Positions 46,354 to 55,435 of a DNA stretch of 64,000 nt are shown here, piece after piece; positions within the stretch are counted from its first letter, which is position 1, and the number at the start of each line of letters is the position of its first letter. The position numbers and the translations under genes were made by a program. Source of the DNA: an uncultured Elusimicrobia bacterium (lineage in GTDB: Bacteria > Elusimicrobiota > Elusimicrobia > 2-01-FULL-59-12); contig CAZSAL010000010.1 in assembly GCA_964604825.1 (NCBI GenBank), positions 2,141 to 66,140 on the forward strand, given 5' to 3'. Under the pieces are notes generated by a model. The model made no database searches. It was given only the letters and a program-made list of their open reading frames with translations, and had not been told where the DNA came from.

Positions 46354-46817
46354 AATTCTCCCTGCCGAGAAGGCATGGATCGCAGATTTTCCTGTTTTAT
46401 TTTAGCTGATCCGGCTTTGTTTAATTCCTTGTTAAGCAGTTTATCCGCCCGGCTGATCAAGGGATGCTCACGCGGCACCTGTTCAAACGTCACGGTTTCA
46501 AACTGGGCTGCCAAAGATTTTACTTTTTCCGCGAGCTTTTTCAGCTCGGAATCCTTGATTCGGTACCTTCCCTGAAGCTGAAAGACTATCAATTCGCTGT
46601 CCGCGCGGCACAACACCTGCCGGGCCTTTCTCTTTTTGGCCATTTCGAGCGCCATTATCATCGCGTTATATTCGGCTTTATTATTAGTGGTTTCACCGAT
46701 GTACCGGGCCGTCTCTTCCAGCACCTTCCCCCCGGCGTCGCAGACAACAACGCCCACGGCCGCAGGGCCGGGATTGCCGCGCGCTCCACCGTCGGAAAAT
46801 GTCTGGAGAAAAACCAT
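46347..46817 (-). CDS. rnhA: ribonuclease HI family protein
   Basis: DGGARGNPGPAA...TNNKAEYNAMI...D..S.L fits the RNase H fold, with catalytic D/E/D. Confidence 0.75.
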   Translation of the reverse strand: MVFLQTFSDGGARGNPGPAAVGVVVCDAGGKVLEETARYIGETTNNKAEYNAMIMALEMAKKRKARQVLCRADSELIVFQLQGRYRIKDSELKKLAEKVKSLAAQFETVTFEQVPREHPLISRADKLLNKELNKAGSAKIKQENLRSMPSRQGEFW

Positions 46818-46865
46818 TGATTATTCCTCTGTCCCCCGGCTTACGGATCTCCGGGGCGACGGCTC

Positions 46866-47363
46866 TTACCGGTAATTAACGAACTGCAGCGGCAGGCCGA
46901 AATCCCGGCCGCGCAGGAATTGAATCACTGCCTGCAGATCATCTTTCGACCTGCCGGTAATGCGGAGCTGATCTCCCTGGATGCTTGCCTGAACCTTTAA
47001 TTTCGTTTCTTTGATGGCCTTAACCATTTCTTTTGCCTTATCAGAGACTATTCCCTGCTTCAGTGCGACGGGCTGGCGAACCGTGCCGCCTTCTCCTGGC
47101 TCGACGGCTTTAAAATCCAGGCTTTTCAGCGAAATACCCCTTCTGGTCAGCTTGCTTTCCAAAACATCTACGACGCTCTTCAATTTTTGTTCATCATCCG
47201 AAAAAAGCGTCAGCTTCGCTTCCTTTTTGTCAAAGTCAACGCGGGAAACGCTTCCCTTGAAGTCGAATCGAGTAGAAATTTCCTTATTCGCCTGATTGAA
47301 AGCGTTTTCCACTTCCTGCAGGTCGATTTTAGAGACAACGTCAAAAGAGAATTCAGAAGCCAT
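46866..47363 (-). CDS. yajQ: YajQ family cyclic-di-GMP-binding protein (UPF0234)
   Basis: SFDVVSKIDLQEVENAFNQANKEISTRFDFKG. Confidence 0.85.
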   Translation of the reverse strand: MASEFSFDVVSKIDLQEVENAFNQANKEISTRFDFKGSVSRVDFDKKEAKLTLFSDDEQKLKSVVDVLESKLTRRGISLKSLDFKAVEPGEGGTVRQPVALKQGIVSDKAKEMVKAIKETKLKVQASIQGDQLRITGRSKDDLQAVIQFLRGRDFGLPLQFVNYR

Positions 47364-47380
47364 GGTTCACTCCTTCCATA

Positions 47381-48553
47381 TCACTGTTTATGAGCGGCGG
47401 GAAAGCGATCTCCCTCAAATTCTTCAGGCGGCTTTTTAGAAACTCCGGAATGATACTTAAGCGCATCTAATATGCGGGCCGAAGCGCCGCCGTCGCCGTA
47501 CGGATTAACCGCATTGGCCATATGTTCGTATTCCGGCTGATCGACGAGCAGCCTGTCTATTTCTTCAAAGACTTTTTGCTCTTCAACGCCTGCAACCCTG
47601 GCCGTACCAGCCGACACCGCTTCGGGACGTTCCGTCACTTTCCGCAGAACAAGAACCGGTTTCCCCAGAGCGGGCGCTTCTTCCTGTATGCCGCCGGAAT
47701 CAGTCACGACCAGATAACTGAGCTTCATCAGATTTATCAGATCCAGATAATCAACGGGCGGGATCAGATGGATGCGGGGGTGGTTCCCCAGGACTTCCTT
47801 TGCCACATTCTGGACTCTGGGGTTCAAATGCACCGGATAAACGATTTTTACGTCCGGATGCTTTTCCGCGACGCGGCGGAGCGCACGGAAAATGCCGGCC
47901 ATGACTTCGCCCAGGTTTTCCCGGCGATGCGCCGTAACCAGAATAACGCGGGAATCGGCCAAAGATAATTCCTTCAAGCTATTGTGCGTCCATGCATGAT
48001 TCCGTTTAACGGCGAATTTCAATGCATCTATTACCGTGTTGCCGGTAACAAAAATTCCCCCTGCAGGAATGTTCTCTTTTAAGAGATTTTCCCCGGCCCT
48101 GTGGGTCGGCGCAAAATGCAGCGTACAGAGATGATCCGCCAGAACGCGGTTTGATTCTTCGGGAAAGGGATTTGCTTTATCGTAAGACCGGAGTCCGGCC
48201 TCAACATGGCCGACCGGGATCCGGTGATAAAAGGCGGAAAGGCTGGCGGCAAAAGTGGTGGTCGTGTCCCCGTGGACAAGCACCATATCCGGCTTTTCGC
48301 TGTCGAGAATCGGCCCGAGCCTGCCGAGAACGCTGTTGACTATATGCTCGAGCGTCTGGTTCGACTGCATGATATTCAGATCGTAGTCGGAAGTGATTTC
48401 AAATAACCGCATCACCTGATCGAGCATATGGCGATGCTGTGCGGAGACCACAACGCGGCTGACAAAATCTCCGGAGTGTTCGCGGAGGGAGCGCACCAGC
48501 GGCGCCATCTTGATGGCTTCCGGCCGGGTGCCGAAAACGCTCAAAACTTTCAT
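47381..48553 (-). CDS. wecB: UDP-N-acetylglucosamine 2-epimerase (non-hydrolysing)
   Basis: MKVLSVFGTRPEAIKMAP, HVEAGLRS, and the DSGGIQEEAP motif. The start is set at MKVL, because the longer ORF start would overlap wecA. Confidence 0.85.
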   Translation of the reverse strand: MKVLSVFGTRPEAIKMAPLVRSLREHSGDFVSRVVVSAQHRHMLDQVMRLFEITSDYDLNIMQSNQTLEHIVNSVLGRLGPILDSEKPDMVLVHGDTTTTFAASLSAFYHRIPVGHVEAGLRSYDKANPFPEESNRVLADHLCTLHFAPTHRAGENLLKENIPAGGIFVTGNTVIDALKFAVKRNHAWTHNSLKELSLADSRVILVTAHRRENLGEVMAGIFRALRRVAEKHPDVKIVYPVHLNPRVQNVAKEVLGNHPRIHLIPPVDYLDLINLMKLSYLVVTDSGGIQEEAPALGKPVLVLRKVTERPEAVSAGTARVAGVEEQKVFEEIDRLLVDQPEYEHMANAVNPYGDGGASARILDALKYHSGVSKKPPEEFEGDRFPAAHKQ

Positions 48554-48582
48554 TAGTACCGCGCTCCCATGGAAGTCAGCAC

Positions 48583-49635
48583 CTACGCCTCCTTCACGAT
48601 GGCCAGAAAAATTGCCGAAACCGAGAGCATAAGAGTCAAAACATAAACCAGCAGCACCACTTCCCTGCCGGTCCATCCAAGCTTCAATAACTGGTGGTGC
48701 AGGTGTTCCCGGTCAGGCTCCATGATCTTCGATTTTTTCTGGAAACGGCGGATGATCGCCAGGCTGACATCGAGCACCGGCAAAGCTACGACTATGACCG
48801 GGATCATTATGGAAAGTACCGCCGTTGTCTTCAGCGTGCCTATCACAGTGATCGCCCCGAGAAGAAATCCAATACCCAGCGCCCCGCCGTCGCCCATGAA
48901 TACTTTGGCCGGCGAAAAGTTATAGGGCAGAAACCCCATGCAGCTGCCGCACAGTATGGCGGACAATACGCCGGCAAGTTTCAGCTGTTTGGAGATGAAA
49001 ACCGTTTCCGTATTGCCCTGGATCACGGCTACGGCAAGAAAAGTTGCCGATGCGATCGCCGCCAGGCCGGCGGCCAGTCCATCCAGCCCGTCGGCCAGAT
49101 TGAGGGCGTTCATGAACCCGATCATCCAGAAAACTGTGATCACCTGCGACAGGAGGATGGGAAACTGCGCGTAGCCGCTGCCGATCAGAGGGAGACGGAG
49201 ACCTGAGATCTGAACGCCGTAATTAAGCACAACGAGCGAGGCAATGATCTGAATGGGCAATTTAAGGGCGGCGGGAACGCGCCTTTTATCGTCGATCATC
49301 CCAAGTATCACGACAAAGGTAAGGCCCACCAGTATGCCGGCCAGCTGGTTTTCCAGACTGACCACGCCCAGAAGTTTGCCCTGCTGATAAAGGGAATGAC
49401 GGTACTCAAGGAGAGTGCGGAAACGGGGAAATCCCGCATAAATACCCGCTACCGCGGTCACAATGCCCAGATATATCGCCACTCCGCCCCAACGCGGGGT
49501 CGGGATGTTATGCACCTTGCGCGCGTCCGGCTGATCAAGAACGCCGAAGCGTTTGGAAAGCCAGATTGAAAAGGGGGCGGCTGCAAAGCTTGCAACACAT
49601 GCAGCCAGGAATGCAGCGAGGTAGATTACGCCCAT
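48583..49635 (-). CDS. wecA: MraY/WecA-family UDP-GlcNAc:undecaprenyl-phosphate GlcNAc-1-phosphate transferase
   Basis: 10-11 TM helices, the D-D motifs (IDDKRRV, NALNLADGLDGLA) and VFMGDGGALG. Confidence 0.8.
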   Translation of the reverse strand: MGVIYLAAFLAACVASFAAAPFSIWLSKRFGVLDQPDARKVHNIPTPRWGGVAIYLGIVTAVAGIYAGFPRFRTLLEYRHSLYQQGKLLGVVSLENQLAGILVGLTFVVILGMIDDKRRVPAALKLPIQIIASLVVLNYGVQISGLRLPLIGSGYAQFPILLSQVITVFWMIGFMNALNLADGLDGLAAGLAAIASATFLAVAVIQGNTETVFISKQLKLAGVLSAILCGSCMGFLPYNFSPAKVFMGDGGALGIGFLLGAITVIGTLKTTAVLSIMIPVIVVALPVLDVSLAIIRRFQKKSKIMEPDREHLHHQLLKLGWTGREVVLLVYVLTLMLSVSAIFLAIVKEA

Positions 49636-50891
49636 CAGTCCTTGAGGCGTCCCGTGTACATGGGATGTTTCAGACAGAGTTTTTTAACTTCTTCGCGCAC
49701 CTTATCCAGCGCAATGTCATCCTGAGCGCTGGCGATCGCCTGGTCTATCCACCCGGCTAAGGTAGCCATATCCCGTTCTTTCAGGCCGCGCGTGGTGATC
49801 GCAGGCGTGCCGATGCGTATGCCGCTGGCGACAAACGGCTTTTCAGGATCAAATGGAATGGTATTTTTGTTAACGGTGATGCCGGCTTTGTCCAGCGCCT
49901 TTTCGGCTGCGGCGCCGGTAATTTTCTTGGGGCGCAGATCCAGCAGAAACATATGGCAGTCCGTTCCCCCGGATACGATGCGGAACCCGCGATCCGACAG
50001 CTGTTTTGCCAGTTCCCGGCTGTTTGCGAGAATCTGCTGCTGATATTCTTTGAACGATGGTTTTAGCGCTTCCCCGAATGCCGCAGCCTTTGCCGCTATG
50101 ACATGCATCAGCGGGCCGCCCTGGGCTCCCGGGAAAACGAGCTTATCCAGCGCGGGCGCGTAGGAAGCACGGCACATAATCATGCCGCCGCGCGGGCCGC
50201 GAAGGGTCTTGTGGGTAGTAGTAGTCACGAAATCCGCGAAGGGCACGGGAGAAGGATAAATCCCTGCGGCTATCAGCCCGGCGTAATGGGCGATATCAGC
50301 CATAAAGACCGCTCCCACCTTGTCGCATATCGCCCGGAAGCGCTGCCAGTCGAACACGCGCGAGTAGGCGGAGGCTCCGACGCATATCAACCTGGGGCGA
50401 TGCTCGACAGCGAGGCGTTCCGCCTCATCGTAATCCACCAGCTCGGTATCCTGCCGGACGTTAAAACCGATAACCTTGAAATACTTCCCGGAAAAATTCA
50501 GCGGATGCCCGTGCGAGAGATGCCCCCCGTGCGCCAGGTTCAGCCCCATGATCGTATCGCCGATATTAAGAACTGAAAGGTACACGGAAAGATTTGCGGA
50601 AGTGCCGGAATGCGGCTGGACATTGACGTGCTCCGCGCCAAACAGCTGCTTCGCGCGGTCGATCGCAAGGCGTTCGGCGACATCAACCATCTCGCAGCCG
50701 CCGTAATAGCGTTTGCCCGGATATCCTTCGGCGTATTTGTTCGTAAGCACGCTGCCCTGCGCCTCGAGCACGGCTTCCGACACCATATTTTCCGAAGCAA
50801 TCAGCTCCAGCGTCCAGGCCTGACGCTGCGTTTCCCCAAGAATGGCCTCATATAGAACGGGATCCTGCTTTTTAAGAATGCTTTTGACCAC
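49635..50891 (-). CDS. glyA: serine hydroxymethyltransferase
   Basis: [10 protein letters not shown], the PLP site [14 protein letters not shown]. 418 aa. Confidence 0.9.
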   Translation of the reverse strand: MVKSILKKQDPVLYEAILGETQRQAWTLELIASENMVSEAVLEAQGSVLTNKYAEGYPGKRYYGGCEMVDVAERLAIDRAKQLFGAEHVNVQPHSGTSANLSVYLSVLNIGDTIMGLNLAHGGHLSHGHPLNFSGKYFKVIGFNVRQDTELVDYDEAERLAVEHRPRLICVGASAYSRVFDWQRFRAICDKVGAVFMADIAHYAGLIAAGIYPSPVPFADFVTTTTHKTLRGPRGGMIMCRASYAPALDKLVFPGAQGGPLMHVIAAKAAAFGEALKPSFKEYQQQILANSRELAKQLSDRGFRIVSGGTDCHMFLLDLRPKKITGAAAEKALDKAGITVNKNTIPFDPEKPFVASGIRIGTPAITTRGLKERDMATLAGWIDQAIASAQDDIALDKVREEVKKLCLKHPMYTGRLKD

Positions 50892-50903
50892 GTGCGGCTC
50901 CTC

Positions 50904-51566
50904 TCATGCGAATATGACTTTTTCCAATATTTTCCTGCCGATAGCGCCTTCCCGGCGAACGGTGAACGGAAAACGGGTGAAATCTATAACGGAAGACGCC
51001 CTGCTCAATCTGCAGGCTCCTCCATCAATAAGCCAGTCTACTTTTTTTTCAAAAAGCTGTCGCGCCTGTGCGCCGGTTGTTGCCGGCTGCCTGCCGGACA
51101 GGTTCGCGCTTGTTGCGGCGACAGGAACTCCAACGGCCTTAAGAAGCGACAGGACCAGGCTGTGGTCAGGCACGCGGATTCCAATCGCATTCAATCCGCC
51201 TGTCACCATTCGCCCGAGCGGCGAAGCGGGTAATATAAATGTGATCGGGCCCGGGCAGAACTTTTTCGCCAGACGAAACGCCTCGTCAGGGATCGCTTCA
51301 ACCAGCGGCAGAGCCGCGTTAAGCGACGGCACCAGAAGCTGAAGAGGCTTGTTCCAGCGGCGTCCCTTCAACCGGTAAATATTTTTTATCCCCCTCCGCG
51401 AAAACGCCGAAGTCCCCATGCCGTATACGGTTTCCGTGGGGAAAATCGCCACGGCGCCGCCACGAATATCCCCGGCGATTTCCTTTAAAAGAGCTTTCTG
51501 GATATGCTTCCGCCTGATCCGGACAGTTTTCGTCTTAAGTCCGGTAGCGCGCGTTGATGTCGACAT
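50904..51566 (-). CDS. tsaC: L-threonylcarbamoyladenylate synthase (YrdC/Sua5 family)
   Basis: GAVAIFPTETVYGMG...NRIKGR-like KGRRWNKPLQLLV and SANLSG. Confidence 0.75.
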   Translation of the reverse strand: MSTSTRATGLKTKTVRIRRKHIQKALLKEIAGDIRGGAVAIFPTETVYGMGTSAFSRRGIKNIYRLKGRRWNKPLQLLVPSLNAALPLVEAIPDEAFRLAKKFCPGPITFILPASPLGRMVTGGLNAIGIRVPDHSLVLSLLKAVGVPVAATSANLSGRQPATTGAQARQLFEKKVDWLIDGGACRLSRASSVIDFTRFPFTVRREGAIGRKILEKVIFA

Positions 51567-52776
51567 AGCGGCCGGTAAAATCGCAGGTCCAGTAATGGCC
51601 TTTAGCCCGCCCCTGATTGAGTCGGATAGTTATAACCACCTCCTTGGCCTTAAGGGGTTCCCGCGCTTTTTCCGCCGGTACGGAAGTAGGCGCGCCCCTG
51701 CGGAAAACGCAGAGATTGCCGAATAAAATATCCACCTTCCAGGGATCGAGAGAAACGCCCGCCCGTCCCAGCGCGGCAAGTATCCGGCCCCAATTGGAAT
51801 CTTCGCCATAAGCCGCGGTCTTTACCAGCGGCGAGGTGGCCACGGTCATTGCAAACTGCAGAGCATCGGCTTCGCTGCGGGCTCCTTCCACGCGGATTTC
51901 CAGGAATTTGCTCGCGCCTTCGCCGTCTTTGGCGATCTTTTTTGCCAGATCAACGCAGATCGCCTCCAGCGCTTCCGCAAACAGCTTTTTTTCCGCCTGC
52001 GTTCGCAGCCTCGCTCCGGAAGCTCCGTTGGCCAGAAGGAACACGCTGTCATTGGTTGACGTATCGCCGTCAACTGTGACCCGGTTGAAACTGGTGTCTG
52101 TGGCCCGGAAAAGAATTTTTTCGAGATCCGCAGCTTCCGCTTCCGCGTCAGTCAGAATAAAGGAAAGCATTGTGGCGTGCTTGCCCTTCAAGGAAGCAGG
52201 AACGTTGCCGGTCGGCGTCATCCAGGGATGAACCATGCCTGCGCCTTTTGCGCATCCCCAGAGGCGCACTTCTTTACCTTGAATCCTGATCAGCTGATGC
52301 GATATTTTAACCGTCGTGTCCGTAGTAAGAATTGCTTCCGCAGCCTTATGAAAAGAATGCGCCTGTATTCCTTCGTCCTTCAACAGCCGCTTCGAAAGCA
52401 TGGGGATTTCTTCGGACATCAGTTCCATGGGCATGAAGTCGCCGATGACACCGGTTGAGGCGACCAGAATCTGCTCATTGGGAACAGAAAGGGCATTCTG
52501 CGCCCAGACAATCGTCTGTTCCGCATCACGCACGCCGCGCTTTCCAGTGCAGCAGTTGGCGCAACCGGAATTGACCAGAATCACTCGCGCACTGCCTTTA
52601 TGCAGTCGTTTGATATCAACCGGGATGTGCACGCACTTTACGCGGTTGGTCGTAAAACAGGCGGCAGCGGAAGCCGTTTTCTCCGAATAAAAAATCACCG
52701 TACCGTGCCTGCTGGGCCTGGGCCGGTCATGCCGTGGCAGACCGGCGGCTCGAAATCCTTTAGGTATGGAACTCAT
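51535..52776 (-). CDS. argJ: bifunctional ornithine acetyltransferase/N-acetylglutamate synthase
   Basis: Autoproteolytic ATML site (KHATMLSFILTDA), and the GFRAAG N-terminus. Confidence 0.85.
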   Translation of the reverse strand: MSSIPKGFRAAGLPRHDRPRPSRHGTVIFYSEKTASAAACFTTNRVKCVHIPVDIKRLHKGSARVILVNSGCANCCTGKRGVRDAEQTIVWAQNALSVPNEQILVASTGVIGDFMPMELMSEEIPMLSKRLLKDEGIQAHSFHKAAEAILTTDTTVKISHQLIRIQGKEVRLWGCAKGAGMVHPWMTPTGNVPASLKGKHATMLSFILTDAEAEAADLEKILFRATDTSFNRVTVDGDTSTNDSVFLLANGASGARLRTQAEKKLFAEALEAICVDLAKKIAKDGEGASKFLEIRVEGARSEADALQFAMTVATSPLVKTAAYGEDSNWGRILAALGRAGVSLDPWKVDILFGNLCVFRRGAPTSVPAEKAREPLKAKEVVITIRLNQGRAKGHYWTCDFTGRYVDINARYRT

Positions 52777-53837
52777 AATAATCCTTCCGATTCTTTTATA
52801 CCGAACATGAGGTTCATGTTCTGAATGGCCTGGCCGCTGGCTCCCTTGATGAGATTATCCAGAGCAGCCATGACAATAGCCGTTTTCCCTGATTCATCGG
52901 TCGCGACGCCTATATGGCACATATTCGTATTAGCCACGGCGCGCACTTCAGGGGATTCCATCGGCTTTAATACCTGAACGAATGGTTCGTCGGCATAATA
53001 GACCTGATAAATCTTCATCAGTTCTTCGCTGGTTACGCGTCTGGTCAGGGGCGCATAAAGCGTGGCGAAAATTCCCCTGCTCATAGGCGCAAGATGAGGC
53101 ACAAAAATCAGCTCAAGGCTCTTGGCTCTAGGTGACGCCTTCCCTTTGAGCCCGGAGCCTGGAGCGGTTTTCATTGCGCGCCGCCATTCCTGCAGAATTT
53201 CCGGATGATGCCTGTGGCCTTTTAAGCCGTAAGCCTGCATGCTTTCGTTCGCTTCGGAATAAAGGAAAGTCGGATCAAGCTTTCTTCCCGCCCCGGATAC
53301 TCCGCTTTTTGCGTCGACTATCACCGGGCCTTCGCCAAGAATGCCGTCGGCCATAATAGGCAGACCGGCCAGGATCGCCGTTGTCGCATAGCAGCCCGGG
53401 TTGGCAATAAGCCGCGCCTTCCGGATTTTCTCCCGGTAGCGTTCCGGCAGGCCGAATACCGCCTCCGGCAAAAGCTTCGGAGCCTCGTGCCGGCCATACC
53501 ATTTTTCGTAGGTAGGCAGGTCTTCCAGGCGGAAATCAGCGGAAAGGTCTATAACCCGGATGCCCTTTTCGATAAGTTCGGCGGCGGTTTTTGAAGACGT
53601 GCCGTGAGGAAGGCCGAGAAAAGCGACATCCGTGTCCCTGGCGATCAACGCGGGATTATATTTTTCACAAATAAGATCAATGCGGCCCTTCGAAAATTTA
53701 TGCACCGCGGAAATAGGCTGTCCCACGAAGTTTTCCGATGTCACGTGTTTTATTTCCGCCTCAGGATGGCGCAGAAGATGCCGGAGCAACTCTCCCCCAG
53801 TGTACCCAGTGGCTCCGACAATGCTGATCCGTATCAT
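52773..53837 (-). CDS. argC: N-acetyl-gamma-glutamyl-phosphate reductase
   Basis: IVGATGYTGGELLR, and the catalytic Cys motif PGCYAT. Confidence 0.9.
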   Translation of the reverse strand: MIRISIVGATGYTGGELLRHLLRHPEAEIKHVTSENFVGQPISAVHKFSKGRIDLICEKYNPALIARDTDVAFLGLPHGTSSKTAAELIEKGIRVIDLSADFRLEDLPTYEKWYGRHEAPKLLPEAVFGLPERYREKIRKARLIANPGCYATTAILAGLPIMADGILGEGPVIVDAKSGVSGAGRKLDPTFLYSEANESMQAYGLKGHRHHPEILQEWRRAMKTAPGSGLKGKASPRAKSLELIFVPHLAPMSRGIFATLYAPLTRRVTSEELMKIYQVYYADEPFVQVLKPMESPEVRAVANTNMCHIGVATDESGKTAIVMAALDNLIKGASGQAIQNMNLMFGIKESEGLL

Positions 53838-54556
53838 TGTTCGCTCTCCCGTTCGCTGTGATTATTTCCGTGGCACATGATCACAATTTCACCTTTTAGT
53901 TCCCGCCCCTGAAGCTGTTTAAGCACGTTGCCTAACGTTCCCCGGATATATTCCTCAAAAATTTTGGTCATTTCCCTTGCTACAACAATAGCAGCATCCG
54001 GACCAGCTATTTCCTCCAGAAGCTGAAGCGTATCCATGGTTCGGTACGGTGACTCGTATATAACCAGGGTGCTCTCCAGCGCTACAGCCCGCGATAAAAT
54101 CCGTCGGGCACGCGCTGTGCGCCGTGGCAGAAACCCTATAAAAAAGAACCGGTCCGTGGGTAACCCGCTGGCAACAAGCGCGGTAATGGCCGCGCAGGGA
54201 CCCGGCAGGGATATAACAGGTATTCCTGCCCCGATTGCAGCCTGAATCAGCTCCGTCCCCGGATCGGACAGGCCGGGAGTGCCCGCGTCACAAACCAGGG
54301 CGACAGATTTTCCCGAATCCAAAGCTTCCAACAGTCGTCGCGTCTTCATCACGCTGCTGTGAGCGTGATAGCTCCACATCGGTTTCGAAATCCCTAGATG
54401 GGTGAGCAGGCCGCCTGTGCGCCGGGTGTCTTCGCAGGCAACCAGGTCTACCCCCTGCAGGATCTGCACGGCGCGCGCCGTTATATCAGAAAGATTGCCA
54501 AGGGGCGTTGGAACGATGTAAAGAGTGCGGCCTGTTGTTTTCTGCTCAATTTGCAT
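53834..54556 (-). CDS. rsmI: 16S rRNA (cytidine1402-2'-O)-methyltransferase
   Basis: TLYIVPTPLGNLSDIT..VACEDTRRTG, a tetrapyrrole-methylase-fold protein. Confidence 0.85.
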   Translation of the reverse strand: MQIEQKTTGRTLYIVPTPLGNLSDITARAVQILQGVDLVACEDTRRTGGLLTHLGISKPMWSYHAHSSVMKTRRLLEALDSGKSVALVCDAGTPGLSDPGTELIQAAIGAGIPVISLPGPCAAITALVASGLPTDRFFFIGFLPRRTARARRILSRAVALESTLVIYESPYRTMDTLQLLEEIAGPDAAIVVAREMTKIFEEYIRGTLGNVLKQLQGRELKGEIVIMCHGNNHSERESEQ

Positions 54557-54621
54557 TGAAAAATCGCAACTTCTTGAGCTATTTTAACTTTCCATTCCTG
54601 CCATTGCAAAAGCGCCCTCGT

Positions 54622-54692
54622 GTCATTCCCGAAGCCTCAATCGGGAATCCAATTTCTTTTTCAATTGGATCCCCGCATACGCGGGGATGAGA
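54622..54692. repeat. two-hairpin repeat element, copy C (tcattcccga-N8-tcgggaatcc ... atccccgc-atac-gcggggatga), upstream of ndk
   Basis: Same stem sequences in swapped order. Confidence 0.5.
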
Positions 54693-54786
54693 GCGTTTCC
54701 CTGTGAAGTATTATTGGTCGCTCTCATTTTGACAGTCCAGGGAAGTTTGGTGTATAGTGGATGAAATTCCAAAAGGACAAATAAAC

Positions 54787-55296
54787 ATGCTGCAAAATAC
54801 CCTCATTTTAATTAAACCGGATGGACTGAAGAAATCGCTGACCGGCAATATTCTTACCAAACTTTCTGAAACCCATCTGATCATCGTAGGCGCTAAAGTT
54901 GTTCATGTTTCCCGCGAACTCGCCGAAAACCATTACCGGCATCTGAAAGACAAACCGTTCTTTGAGGATCTTCTCAAATACATCCAGGGGAAAATATACG
55001 GAGAAGAGTATCAACGCGTGATGGCCATGGTTTACCGCGGAGAAGGAGCGATCCAGAAAGTCCGCGACATCTCCGGAGCCACAAACCCGGAAGAAGCAGA
55101 CCCCACATCCATCCGCGGCGCCTACGGCCGCATCACGACCAAGGGCGTTTTCGAAAATGTGATTCACGCCTCGTCCAGCGACGAAGATTCTGAAAGAGAA
55201 ATAAAGCTCTGGTTCAAGCCGGAAGAACTGATTTCCAAAATTTATCCCACCAAAGTCATTACCCGCGAAAAAATCCAGGAAACCGTCTGGGCCTAA
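54787..55296 (+). CDS. ndk: nucleoside-diphosphate kinase
   Basis: LILIKPDG, and the active-site histidine context NVIHASSS. The start is set at MLQNTL. Confidence 0.8.
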   Translation: MLQNTLILIKPDGLKKSLTGNILTKLSETHLIIVGAKVVHVSRELAENHYRHLKDKPFFEDLLKYIQGKIYGEEYQRVMAMVYRGEGAIQKVRDISGATNPEEADPTSIRGAYGRITTKGVFENVIHASSSDEDSEREIKLWFKPEELISKIYPTKVITREKIQETVWA

Positions 55297-55313
55297 ACAA
55301 AGTCTGTCTTCGA

Positions 55314-55432
55314 CACCCTCGCCCCTTGCGGGAGAGGGTAGGGTGAGGGGTAAGGCCTCTAAGAATTTGCACTAAGGACCCCTCACCCGCGCTTTGCGCG
55401 GCCTCTCCCCAAAAGGGAGAGGCGATTAAATG
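55314..55432. repeat. intergenic GC-rich palindromic repeat cluster between the convergent ndk and tkt genes. Probably a bidirectional terminator.
   Basis: ccctcgcccc-ttgc-gggagaggg, gggtgagggg-N28-cccctcaccc, ccgcgc-tttg-cgcgg, and cctctcccc-aaaa-gggagagg. Confidence 0.55.
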
Positions 55433-55435
55433 TTT

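Noticed and set aside
45122-46817. LysM protein + holin-family membrane protein + RNase H, possibly a prophage remnant
   Set aside because: No integrase, capsid, terminase or tail genes. The neighbours are housekeeping genes. DUF360/YvlD proteins are common non-phage membrane proteins.
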